Assembly: GCF_004376175.1 (NCBI RefSeq)
Contig: NZ_SNUY01000010.1
Location: 12,298-44,297, forward strand
Source: Halalkalibacterium halodurans
GTDB lineage: Bacteria > Bacillota > Bacilli > Bacillales > Bacillaceae_D
Length of the DNA stretch: 32,000 bases
Reading direction: 5' to 3'
How positions within the stretch are numbered: the first letter of the stretch is position 1; each line of letters opens with the position of its first letter. The notes beneath the pieces are model-generated. The model was not told the origin of the DNA and searched no databases. It saw nothing but the letters and a program-made list of their open reading frames with translations. Both the position numbers and the translations under genes were made by a program. This document shows, piece after piece, positions 7,622 to 16,176 of the stretch.

Positions 7622-8101
7622 ATGGGTGGAAACAACAAGCAATCGTTAACCCCTGAACAGCAGCAATATCAGGATCTTGCACAAAAGTATGAGCTTCAAC
7701 GACCTGTTTTCAAAAATTGCATTCGAGCGTTTTTCATTGGTGGTCTCATTAGCTTGATTGGCCAATTGCTAATGACGTTTTTTATGACCTATTTTGATTT
7801 TACCGAGAAAACGGCAGGGGACCCAACGATCGCTGTATTAATTTTCCTTTCGGCCCTCTTAACAGGGTTAGGTGTATACGATCGAATGGCCCAATATGCT
7901 GGGGCGGGGACAGCAGTTCCTGTTACCGGTTTTGCGAATTCCATCGCCTCGGCAGCAATCGAGCACCGAACGGAAGGGTACGTACTCGGTGTTGGAAGTA
8001 ACATGTTCAAGGTGGCGGGTTCGGTCATTGTATTCGGTACGTTTGCCGCCTTTATTATTGGCATCATTCATACGCTCGTGACGGGAGGTGTAGGACACTA
8101 A
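7622..8101 (+). CDS. spoVAC: Stage V sporulation protein AC (DPA channel subunit), spoVA2-type copy
   Basis: 159-aa from ATG 7622 (RBS aaaggagga). FFIGGLISLIGQ ... AGAGTAVPVTGFANSIASAA ... match the SpoVAC/SpoVAEb family. Confidence 0.9.
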   Translation: MGGNNKQSLTPEQQQYQDLAQKYELQRPVFKNCIRAFFIGGLISLIGQLLMTFFMTYFDFTEKTAGDPTIAVLIFLSALLTGLGVYDRMAQYAGAGTAVPVTGFANSIASAAIEHRTEGYVLGVGSNMFKVAGSVIVFGTFAAFIIGIIHTLVTGGVGH

Positions 8102-9117
8102 TGTTAAAAGGAAGGCAAACATGGGAATTTGAAAACCGTCCCGTCATTCTTTCAAGTGCGGCAACGGCTGGTCCGTTTGAAGCGAATGGCCCATTAGCTG
8201 ATGATTTCGATATTTTGTTTGAAGATATGTGGCTCGGTGAAGATTCTTTTGAAAAAGCGCAAAAAGTACTTATTGAAGAAGCGGCGAAGACGGCGATAGA
8301 AAAGGCGGGTATACAAAATGATGATATCCAATTTGTATTCGCTGGCGATTTACTTAATCAAATGACGTCGACTAGCTTTGCGTGTCGATCGCTATGCATT
8401 CCTTATTTCGGCTTGTTTGGAGCATGTTCCACTTCGATGGAAGGGTTAGCCCTAGCTGCGTTCGTGATTAATCATAGTGGAGCAAACTATGTATTGACCG
8501 GTTCAACCAGTCACAATGCAGCGATCGAGAAACAATTTCGTTATCCGACAGAATATGGAGCACAAAAGCCACCGACAACCCAATGGACAGCAACTGCAGC
8601 TGGAGTTGGAGTTGTTGCGAAGGTGGGAAGTGGACCTGTTGTAACATCAGCTACGATTGGCAAGGTTGTAGATATGGGCTTGAGCGACCCCTTTAATATG
8701 GGAGAAGCGATGGCACCAGCGGCAGCTGATACGATTGAGATGCACTTTCAGGAGCGAGGAGTCGGACCCGACTATTATGACTTAATTGCTACGGGTGACC
8801 TCGGAAAAATCGGCTTACCTATTGTTAAGGAGATGCTCGAACAAAAAGGATATTCTTTTAACGATGGGCAATTGAATGATTGTGGTTTGATGATTTACCG
8901 GGATGGACAGCCTGTTTTGGCGGGAGGTAGTGGTTCCGGTTGTTCGGCGAGTGTCACATATGGTCACTTGTTAAATCGCATGAAAAAAGGTGAGATTAAC
9001 CGCATGTTAATCGTAGCAACAGGGGCGTTACTATCGCCATTGTCTTACCAACAAAATGAAACGATTCCCTGCATTGCTCACGCTGTTTCGATTGAGGCTG
9101 GAGGTGCATTGGCATGA
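8101..9117 (+). CDS. spoVAD: Stage V sporulation protein AD
   Basis: 338-aa. The N-terminus [29 protein letters not shown] and the thiolase-like fold motifs match SpoVAD. The start overlaps the spoVAC stop (TAATG). Confidence 0.95.
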   Translation: MLKGRQTWEFENRPVILSSAATAGPFEANGPLADDFDILFEDMWLGEDSFEKAQKVLIEEAAKTAIEKAGIQNDDIQFVFAGDLLNQMTSTSFACRSLCIPYFGLFGACSTSMEGLALAAFVINHSGANYVLTGSTSHNAAIEKQFRYPTEYGAQKPPTTQWTATAAGVGVVAKVGSGPVVTSATIGKVVDMGLSDPFNMGEAMAPAAADTIEMHFQERGVGPDYYDLIATGDLGKIGLPIVKEMLEQKGYSFNDGQLNDCGLMIYRDGQPVLAGGSGSGCSASVTYGHLLNRMKKGEINRMLIVATGALLSPLSYQQNETIPCIAHAVSIEAGGALA

Positions 9118-9464
9118 TCTTTTTATGGGCATTTATCGTTGGCGGGCTCATCTGTGTCATTGGTCAACTTTTAATGGATGTGGGAAAATTAACGCCTGCA
9201 CATACGATGAGTAGTCTCGTTGTAGCAGGTGCGGTCTTAGATGGTGTCGGTTTATACGAACCGTTGATTGATTTTGCAGGAGCTGGAGCGACTGTGCCGA
9301 TTACGAGCTTTGGTAACGCCCTCGTACACGGTGCCATTTCCGAGGCACAACGTAACGGAATTATTGGGGTGATTACAGGTATTTTTGAAGTGACGAGTGC
9401 CGGGATTTCTTCCGCGATCATATTCGGTTTTATCGCAGCACTATTATTTAAACCTAAAGGGTAA
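9114..9464 (+). CDS. spoVAEB: Stage V sporulation protein AEb
   Basis: 116-aa. [16 protein letters not shown] ... [20 protein letters not shown] identify a SpoVAC/AEb-family paralog. There is an ATGA overlap with spoVAD. Confidence 0.9.
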   Translation: MIFLWAFIVGGLICVIGQLLMDVGKLTPAHTMSSLVVAGAVLDGVGLYEPLIDFAGAGATVPITSFGNALVHGAISEAQRNGIIGVITGIFEVTSAGISSAIIFGFIAALLFKPKG

Positions 9465-9474
9465 GGGGTTTGAG

Positions 9475-9663
9475 ATGGAGGACACTAATGCTTCACACCG
9501 TGAATGGCTAGCGTTGCTAAAAGGGATTGATGCAACGCTAACGGGCCTTTCATTAAAAACCGATGATCATCAGGTACATGCAGATTATCATCAAGCTGCC
9601 TTGCTCACAAGACGTGTCATTCGTGAGTTGGAAACACTAGAGAGACAAGCAAACAATCGGTGA
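9475..9663 (+). CDS. DUF1657 family small protein
   Basis: 62-aa from ATG 9475 (RBS taagggg). The longer ORF from 9397 overlaps spoVAEb and is less likely. The helical-hairpin-like sequence LALLKGIDATLTGLSLKTDD...YHQAALLTRRVIRELE resembles DUF1657. That family accompanies spoVA2-type operons. Confidence 0.7.
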   Translation: MEDTNASHREWLALLKGIDATLTGLSLKTDDHQVHADYHQAALLTRRVIRELETLERQANNR

Positions 9664-10535
9664 AGAACAGAGGAGGGACAGCTTTGGCTGGTTGGTTGGA
9701 AGCGTTCATACGGAGTGTTTGTTCAATCATTGTTCTTTTTTTGGTGTTCAAAGCTTATGGAAGACGGTCGTTTCAAGACGTTAGTTTATTTCAAGGAGCC
9801 ATGATCATCGCATTAGCAGGAATCGCTAGTATCGGATCCTTTCTCTTGACTGTACCGTTTATGCCGTTTTTCGTTGCGCTTCTTCTTTGGAGCGCTGTGT
9901 TTTTAGGAGCGCACCGGTTGCAGGGGAAACATGGGGGCGCCCTCAAGTTTTTTGCTGGTCAACCAGAGACGGTAGTGGAAAAGGGAAAAATAAAAGAAGA
10001 TGTTTTACACAAGCAAAAGCTAACAGCAGAAGACTTTATGCGAAAGCTTCGGGAAAAGAACATTTTTCAGCTTTCTGATGTGGAATGGGCGCAGCTAGAG
10101 ACGAACGGCGCATTAACGGTTTTTCTCAAAGAAGGAAGATATTCTGAAGCTGCTTCAACCGGAAAACAAGGAAGGCGACAGCCACCTATGACGGTCATTC
10201 AAAATGGTCAAATCGTAGATAGCGCCTTGCAGAAACGTGGAGTCACTCGTGAATGGCTGAAAGCAGAGCTAGAAAAACAAGAGGTGTTGTTGGGCAACGT
10301 GTTTCTTGCTGAAATGGATCAAAATGGTCAGCTTTATGTCGACTTGTACAATGATGACATTACCCCTAAACCTGTAAATGAGCTACCACTGCTTCGTGAA
10401 TCGATTAAAAAAGCGCAGGCCGATTTAGCCTATGCTGCATTAACAAGCACAAATCGAACGAACGCAAAGGTATATAGTAGGTGTGCGGAAACGATGCAAC
10501 AAGTGGAAAACGTCGTCTCTCCATATGTCCGGTAA
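9660..10535 (+). CDS. DUF421 membrane protein with a C-terminal DUF1657-like domain ('2Duf'-like)
   Basis: 291-aa (GTG 9660, or TTG 9684 behind the RBS aggaggg). It has TM helices and a DUF421 core (QPETVVEKGKI...LREKNIFQLSDVEWAQLETNGALTV; VIQNGQIV...FLAEMDQNGQLYVDLY). The last ~50 aa align in register with the neighbouring DUF1657 ORF. Confidence 0.8.
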   Translation: MKNRGGTALAGWLEAFIRSVCSIIVLFLVFKAYGRRSFQDVSLFQGAMIIALAGIASIGSFLLTVPFMPFFVALLLWSAVFLGAHRLQGKHGGALKFFAGQPETVVEKGKIKEDVLHKQKLTAEDFMRKLREKNIFQLSDVEWAQLETNGALTVFLKEGRYSEAASTGKQGRRQPPMTVIQNGQIVDSALQKRGVTREWLKAELEKQEVLLGNVFLAEMDQNGQLYVDLYNDDITPKPVNELPLLRESIKKAQADLAYAALTSTNRTNAKVYSRCAETMQQVENVVSPYVR

Positions 10536-10540
10536 TTTGG

Positions 10541-10575
10541 GTGAACCATGGGAATACGTGGTTCATCTTTTTTAT
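10541..10575 (+). terminator. Rho-independent terminator ending the spoVA2-type operon
   Basis: Stem tgaacca/tggttca (10542-10548 / 10559-10565) followed by tcTTTTTT. Confidence 0.65.
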
Positions 10576-10604
10576 GGTTACAGCACGACATTTTTGTACA
10601 AACC

Positions 10605-10633
10605 ATTCATACCAATCCTTGCGGTGCATACAC
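10605..10633 (+). promoter_or_regulatory. Sigma-E-type promoter candidate for dacB-spmAB
   Basis: TTCATAcc (-35-like, TCATA core at 10607-10611), a 14-nt spacer, then CATACACT at 10626-10633, which matches the sigma-E -10 consensus CATACA-T. It lies ~38 nt upstream of the dacB start. B. subtilis dacB is known to be sigma-E dependent. Confidence 0.5.
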
Positions 10634-10670
10634 TTGTACAAATACAAATGAACAATAGGCGGGGATCAGA

Positions 10671-11819
10671 TTGAGAAGATTTTGGTTAATCGCAATAAGT
10701 TTATTCGTCACCCTTTCCGTCGGCATTCCAGAGCGTGTTAGTGCAGAAACAACTGAACCTGCTTCCGTATCCGCACAAGCTGCCATTTTAATGGAGCAGT
10801 CAACAGGAAGAGTTCTCTATGAGAAAGACGCCCATACGTCATTACGAATTGCGAGTATTACGAAAATCATGACTGCGCTTTTAGCGATTGAGTCTGGGAA
10901 AATGGACGAGTGGGTGAAAGTCTCTTCAAATGCGGAAGGTACGGAAGGATCTTCTCTTTATTTGCGAGCAGGGGAAAAAATAAAGCTATCAGACCTCGTC
11001 TATGGTTTGATGCTACGCAGTGGGAATGATGCAGCTGTGGCGATTGCGGAACATGTAGGAGGAAGTATGGATGGTTTTGTTTATATGATGAATCAAAAAG
11101 CCGAGGAGTTAGGGATGTCGAACACCGTGTTTCAAAATCCGCACGGGCTCGATGATCATGAGGATCATTATTCTTCCGCCTATGACATGGCACTTTTGAC
11201 ACGCTATGCGATGAACAATGAAACGTATCAAGAAATCAGTGGAACGAAAACACATCGGGTCGATAACGGGGAGCAAATCCGTGTTTGGAAAAACAAAAAT
11301 CGCTTACTGACCCAGCTTTATAAATATTCCACAGGTGGAAAAACAGGCTATACAAAGCGGGCGAAGAGAACACTTGTCTCGACTGCAAGCAAGGATGACT
11401 TAGATTTGATTGTTGTCACGTTAAATGCTCCTTCTGATTGGCATGATCATATGAATTTATTTAACTGGGCTTTTCATACTTTTGGGATGACAGAATTACT
11501 CGAGGAAGGAAAAGTAAAAGGACTGAAGGATGAGTTTTACGCTGGTCAAGTATACGCATCCCATGACGTTGTTTATCCACTAACGGAAGAGGAGAGGGAG
11601 AAGGTTCGGAAAGAAATTACCCTTTACCGCCCACCTAAGGATCGAAGGGAACCTCTCAATCTACCAAGCCCCATCGGGAAAATGTCGTTTTTTCTCGATG
11701 GACATGTGCTAACTGAAACACCTTTGTATTACAAAGGAACAGAGCCCAAGTCAAAAGGGTTCTGGTCTAAGTTTAAAGAGATCTTCTCATTAACGATCGG
11801 AGTGAGAAGCAGTGATTAA
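10671..11819 (+). CDS. dacB: Sporulation-specific D-alanyl-D-alanine carboxypeptidase (PBP5*)
   Basis: 382-aa with a TTG start and a signal peptide. The SxxK (ASITK), SGN (RSGND) and KTG (GKTGYT) motifs are present. It is followed by spmA and spmB, as in B. subtilis. Confidence 0.9.
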   Translation: MRRFWLIAISLFVTLSVGIPERVSAETTEPASVSAQAAILMEQSTGRVLYEKDAHTSLRIASITKIMTALLAIESGKMDEWVKVSSNAEGTEGSSLYLRAGEKIKLSDLVYGLMLRSGNDAAVAIAEHVGGSMDGFVYMMNQKAEELGMSNTVFQNPHGLDDHEDHYSSAYDMALLTRYAMNNETYQEISGTKTHRVDNGEQIRVWKNKNRLLTQLYKYSTGGKTGYTKRAKRTLVSTASKDDLDLIVVTLNAPSDWHDHMNLFNWAFHTFGMTELLEEGKVKGLKDEFYAGQVYASHDVVYPLTEEEREKVRKEITLYRPPKDRREPLNLPSPIGKMSFFLDGHVLTETPLYYKGTEPKSKGFWSKFKEIFSLTIGVRSSD

Positions 11820-12405
11820 CTATATTTGGGTAGGGATGCTCGTCATCGGAATCGTGTTTGCCGCAATAAACGGCACGATGGAAGAAGTGAATGAAGCGAT
11901 TTTTACTGGGGCGAAGGAGGCCGTTGCCATATGCATCGGTCTCATTAGTATTCTCGTGTTTTGGCTAGGACTTATGAGAGTTGCCCAACAAGCAGGGCTG
12001 TTAAAAGGCTTGTCGCGTCTGATGCGACCTGTTGCAAAAAGGCTATTTCCTGAAGTCCCTCCTGATCATCCTGCTATGGGTTATATTTTATCCAACATGT
12101 CAGCGAACATGTTCGGTTTAGGGAACGCAGCTACACCGATGGGAATAAAAGCGATGGAGCAATTGAAGGAGCTAAATGGGGGAAAGGACTCTGCTAGCCG
12201 TTCCATGATCACTTTGCTAGCGATTAATACGGCAAGTATTACACTAATTCCGACAACTGTTATTTCGATTCGGATGAATTACGGGTCGGTGTCCCCGACG
12301 GATATCGTAGGTACGACTCTTGTAGCTACGGCGTGCTCAACGGTAGGTGCCATTGCGATTGATCGCTTCTTCTATTATCGGCGGGTACGAAAGGGGAGAG
12401 AATAA
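11812..12405 (+). CDS. spmA: Spore maturation protein A
   Basis: 197-aa nucleoside-recognition/Gate-domain membrane protein (MINYIWVGMLVIGIVFAA...). It overlaps the dacB 3' end and precedes spmB. Confidence 0.9.
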   Translation: MINYIWVGMLVIGIVFAAINGTMEEVNEAIFTGAKEAVAICIGLISILVFWLGLMRVAQQAGLLKGLSRLMRPVAKRLFPEVPPDHPAMGYILSNMSANMFGLGNAATPMGIKAMEQLKELNGGKDSASRSMITLLAINTASITLIPTTVISIRMNYGSVSPTDIVGTTLVATACSTVGAIAIDRFFYYRRVRKGRE

Positions 12406-12941
12406 TGGAATGGCTCACGACCGTGTCTATCTGGATGATTCCTGGTTTGATTGGAACGATCCTAGTTGTAGCAACGTACAAGCAGGTCCCTACGTACGAA
12501 ACATTTGTGGAAGGAGCGAAGGAAGGCTTTGGCATGGCCGTTTCGATTATTCCATACTTGGTCGGCATGCTCGTTGCGATTTCTGTCTTTCGGGCTTCTG
12601 GGGCAATGGATGCGGTAATTTCTGCAATGAACCCTTTTTTAAGTGCGATTGGGGTCCCCTCTGAAGTTGTCCCACTTGCGTTCATTCGGCCGATTTCTGG
12701 AACGGGTGCGTTAGGAATGACATCTGATCTTATTGCCACCTATGGACCTGATTCATTCATCGGTCGATTGGCGGCAACGATGCAAGGAAGTACAGATACA
12801 ACCTTTTATGTGCTAACCGTATATTTTGGAGCGGTTGGGATAAAAAAAATGGGTGACGCGTTAAAGGTAGGGTTATTAGCTGATGTGGTAGGGATTATTG
12901 CAGCCATTGTCGTCGTCACGATTGTTTTTGGCTCTATTTAA
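12405..12941 (+). CDS. spmB: Spore maturation protein B
   Basis: 178-aa membrane protein with ATG/TAA start-stop coupling to spmA. The conserved segment is RPISGTGALGMTSDLI...GSTDTTFYV. Confidence 0.9.
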   Translation: MEWLTTVSIWMIPGLIGTILVVATYKQVPTYETFVEGAKEGFGMAVSIIPYLVGMLVAISVFRASGAMDAVISAMNPFLSAIGVPSEVVPLAFIRPISGTGALGMTSDLIATYGPDSFIGRLAATMQGSTDTTFYVLTVYFGAVGIKKMGDALKVGLLADVVGIIAAIVVVTIVFGSI

Positions 12942-12952
12942 TGGCATGATAG

Positions 12953-12982
12953 AAAAGCATGGCGGTTGGCCATGCTTTTTTC
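12953..12982 (+). terminator. Rho-independent terminator after spmB
   Basis: Stem aaaagcatggc/gccatgctttt with a 5-nt loop and a T-run. Confidence 0.85.
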
Positions 12983-13135
12983 CTTGCAGAAAAAACGAAA
13001 TGCTTTAACTTGTTCATCATACTAAAGTATGTGAACATTTCTCTTATATAATCAGCAGATGGAATGGAACGAGAATCAAGCGGTAGACTTGAAGACAAGA
13101 ACGGAAGAAGCTATGATGATAAATGAGGTGTTAAC

Positions 13136-13864
13136 ATGGAACGTTTACAAAAAGTGATTGCACAGGCAGGCATTGCCTCAAGACGGAAAGCAGAACAGTT
13201 GATTTTAGAAGGGAAAGTCAAAGTCAACGGACAAGTCGTAAAAGAACTAGGGATCAAAGTAAACCCGAATCAAGATGACATCGAAGTCGAAGGGGTACCA
13301 GTTGAGAAGGAGGAACCAGTTTATTTTCTTCTTTACAAGCCGACCGGTGTCATCTCAAGCGTAAAAGATGATAAAGGACGAAAAGTGGTCACCGATTTTC
13401 TTGAAATTGAGCAGCGCGTATATCCTGTTGGTCGCCTTGACTATGATACGTCAGGCCTCCTTCTCTTGACGAATGATGGGGAATTTGCCAACTTGCTCAT
13501 GCATCCGAGACATAAAATCGAAAAGGTGTATGTGGCAAAAGTGAAAGGAATCCCGACCCGAGATCAACTTAAGCTGCTCGCCAGAGGGGTGAAGCTTGAG
13601 GATGGTCCGACGGCTCCAGCTAAAGTAAAAATGCTGTCAGTGGATCGTCGAAAACAAACAGCGATCGTCAAGCTTACGATTCATGAGGGGCGAAATCGCC
13701 AAGTGCGGCGAATGTTTGAAACGATCGGTTGTGAGGTAATGAAGCTAAAACGAGAGCAGTTTGCCTTTTTAGATTTGTCGGGAATGAATCCAGGGGATGT
13801 CCGTCCACTGAAGCCAATTGAAGTCAAGCACTTACGGGAATTAGCTGTCACGAAAAAGTCATAA
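13136..13864 (+). CDS. rluB: 23S rRNA pseudouridine synthase B
   Basis: 242-aa. It has an S4 domain (ERLQKVIAQAGIASRRKAEQLILEGKVKVNG) and an RsuA/RluB catalytic core (VGRLDYDTSGLLLLTNDG). Confidence 0.9.
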   Translation: MERLQKVIAQAGIASRRKAEQLILEGKVKVNGQVVKELGIKVNPNQDDIEVEGVPVEKEEPVYFLLYKPTGVISSVKDDKGRKVVTDFLEIEQRVYPVGRLDYDTSGLLLLTNDGEFANLLMHPRHKIEKVYVAKVKGIPTRDQLKLLARGVKLEDGPTAPAKVKMLSVDRRKQTAIVKLTIHEGRNRQVRRMFETIGCEVMKLKREQFAFLDLSGMNPGDVRPLKPIEVKHLRELAVTKKS

Positions 13865-13952
13865 AGGAAAGCCAACAGTAATGTGGGACGACGTTATAAT
13901 GGAAGAAGTCAATTCATTAGTCCTTATTTTGTAGCAAAGGGGAGAGACAAGG

Positions 13953-14483
13953 ATGGATAAGCGAAAGCGATTTTGGATGCGATTGTCTATTTTAGCCGTT
14001 ATTTCAGTTGCATTAGGCTACACGTTTTATTCAAACTTTTTTGCTGACCGAAGCTTAGCTCGTGCTGGTGAGCAGGCGGTTAACTTCGTTTTGGAAGATT
14101 TAGAAGGAGAGAGCATTGAGCTTCGCGAGCTAGAAGGGAAAGGGGTATTTCTGAATTTTTGGGGGACATACTGTCCGCCTTGCGAACGGGAAATGCCTCA
14201 CATGGAAAAATTGTATGGAGAATATAAGGAGCAAGGTGTAGAGATTATTGCGGTGAATGCTAATGAACCAGAGCTTACGGTTCAACGCTTTGTCGACCGC
14301 TACGGACTTTCCTTTCCGATTGTGATCGATAAAGGGCTTAATGTCATCGATGCTTACGGAATTCGCCCTTTACCGACAACGATCTTAATTAACGAACATG
14401 GCGAAATCGTCAAAGTTCACACAGGTGGCATGACGGAACAAATGGTGGAGGAGTTCATGGAACTCATTAAACCTGAAGCTTAG
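13953..14483 (+). CDS. resA: Thiol-disulfide oxidoreductase for cytochrome c maturation
   Basis: 176-aa with an N-terminal membrane anchor and a thioredoxin fold carrying the WGTYCPPCEREMP active site. It is followed by resB and resC. Confidence 0.9.
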   Translation: MDKRKRFWMRLSILAVISVALGYTFYSNFFADRSLARAGEQAVNFVLEDLEGESIELRELEGKGVFLNFWGTYCPPCEREMPHMEKLYGEYKEQGVEIIAVNANEPELTVQRFVDRYGLSFPIVIDKGLNVIDAYGIRPLPTTILINEHGEIVKVHTGGMTEQMVEEFMELIKPEA

Positions 14484-14505
14484 AAAGACAATTGAGGTGT
14501 CCGAC

Positions 14506-16176
14506 ATGAATAAAGTAAAATGTGAATGCGGCCACGTAAACCCATTTGGGACGGTTCTCTGTGAATCATGCGGAAAGCCCGTGGAAGAAAATGATGATCA
14601 AAAAGGGCTTTTGAACATGCGCTACGAAGGGGTGGCGCGCCGTTCACAAACCTACACGACTACTTTTATCGATAAAATTTGGATGTTCTTCTCATCGGTA
14701 AAGGTCGGGATTTGGATCATCGTGTTAACGTTAGTCGCATCCATATTCGGGACGATTTTCCCGCAGGAAATGTACATTCCATCGAACGTCAGACCAGAAA
14801 CACACTACGCGGAAGAGTATGGCGTTTTAGGGCAGATTTATTATCAATTAGGCTTTCATAATTTATACGGATCATGGTGGTACATGGCGCTTATTGCGGC
14901 CCTTGGTGTATCACTGATCATCTGTAGCCTTGACCGGGTCGTCCCTCTTTATCGGGCGTTAAAGACGCAACGTGTTACGCGACATGAAAACTTTTTAAAG
15001 CGGCAACGTTTGTTCGGCACATCAAACGTTAACAATGTGGATGGCGTGCTTGAAACGGTGAAGGCTCGGCTTGAGGAGAAAAAGTACAAAGTTCGCGAAG
15101 AAAACGGCAATCTACTAGCGGAAAAAGGGCGCTTCTCCCGGTGGGGTCCTTACGTGAACCATATTGGCTTGATCATCTTTTTAATGGGCTGTATGTTTCG
15201 TTTCTTCCCCGGGATGTATGTGGATGAAAACATGTGGATTCGCGAAGGTGAAGTAATGGTCGTGCCAGGAACGAACAGTAAGTATTACCTTGGCAATGAG
15301 AGCTTTACGCTAGAGTTGTATGATGAGGAGGACGAGCTGTTTGCTGAAGCGATTGAGCGGGCAGGCGGGGCAGTTGCAAAAAACTATGAAACCGAAGCTG
15401 TGTTATATGAACGGGACCCAGGAGCAACGGTTGGTGCAACAAGTGAGCTGCAAGAGGTGGCGCGCCACAACATCCGCGTAAATGACCCGTTGTCATATGA
15501 GGGCTTATCCATCTATCAAATCGATTATAAGCTTCATGAATTTAGCGTCATGAGCTTTACGTTAAACAAGAAAGAAACAGGAGAGTCATTAGGTCAAATT
15601 GATGTCGATTTGAATAATCCTGAAGATGAGTACGACCTTGGCAACGGAGCGAAAGTGATCCTTCGTGAGTATTTTCCGGACTATGAGTTAAATGAGCAAA
15701 ACGTACCATCTACACGATCGCGTGTTCCTGATAATCCAGGGTTTATTTTTGAAATGATTACGCCGGAAACGCCAGAAGGTGAAATAAGCTTTGTCGCCGT
15801 TCAGCAAAATTTAGAGCCGTTAGGTGAAAATCAGTATGAGATGAAATTTGCTGACCTTGAAACGACTCACGTAACGGGGTTGACTGTACGAAAAGACTAT
15901 ACGCTTCCGTTCCTTTTCGTTGGGGGCTTCATTTTTATGGTCGGTTTGATCCAAGGCTCTTATTGGGCTCATCGCCGCGTGTGGTTGCAACGAGTAAACG
16001 GTGAAGTTTGGATCGCAGGTCACACGAATAAAAATTGGTCGTCCCTTCATAAGGAAATTGATGAAGCGATTGCGGAGACAGGATTAGGGTCCCCGTCTGA
16101 TCAATTGGAAGAAAAGGAAAAGAACTCTGAACGAGAAAAGAAATTGGGAAAGGATAAAGGAGGAACAAACGAATGA
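14506..16176 (+). CDS. resB: Cytochrome c biogenesis protein ResB
   Basis: About 556 aa from ATG 14506 (RBS gaggtg); the GTG at 14497 is an alternative. It has an N-terminal Cys4 segment KCECGHVNPFGTVLCESCG, TM helices and a large extracytoplasmic domain. Confidence 0.9.
   Translation: MNKVKCECGHVNPFGTVLCESCGKPVEENDDQKGLLNMRYEGVARRSQTYTTTFIDKIWMFFSSVKVGIWIIVLTLVASIFGTIFPQEMYIPSNVRPETHYAEEYGVLGQIYYQLGFHNLYGSWWYMALIAALGVSLIICSLDRVVPLYRALKTQRVTRHENFLKRQRLFGTSNVNNVDGVLETVKARLEEKKYKVREENGNLLAEKGRFSRWGPYVNHIGLIIFLMGCMFRFFPGMYVDENMWIREGEVMVVPGTNSKYYLGNESFTLELYDEEDELFAEAIERAGGAVAKNYETEAVLYERDPGATVGATSELQEVARHNIRVNDPLSYEGLSIYQIDYKLHEFSVMSFTLNKKETGESLGQIDVDLNNPEDEYDLGNGAKVILREYFPDYELNEQNVPSTRSRVPDNPGFIFEMITPETPEGEISFVAVQQNLEPLGENQYEMKFADLETTHVTGLTVRKDYTLPFLFVGGFIFMVGLIQGSYWAHRRVWLQRVNGEVWIAGHTNKNWSSLHKEIDEAIAETGLGSPSDQLEEKEKNSEREKKLGKDKGGTNE

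Noticed and set aside
12326-12739. 137-aa ORF on the - strand spanning the spmA/spmB junction
   Set aside because: It is entirely antisense to two well-supported membrane-protein genes. It has no RBS, and its composition (Pro/Ser/Thr/Ile-rich) is typical of the reverse frame of hydrophobic genes.
14506-14600. Cys4 zinc-ribbon-like N-terminus on ResB (KCECGHVNPFGTVLCESCG), which looked like a novel fusion
   Set aside because: From memory, B. subtilis ResB starts with a very similar CxC...CxxC segment. It therefore appears to be a conserved feature of Bacillus ResB rather than something new.
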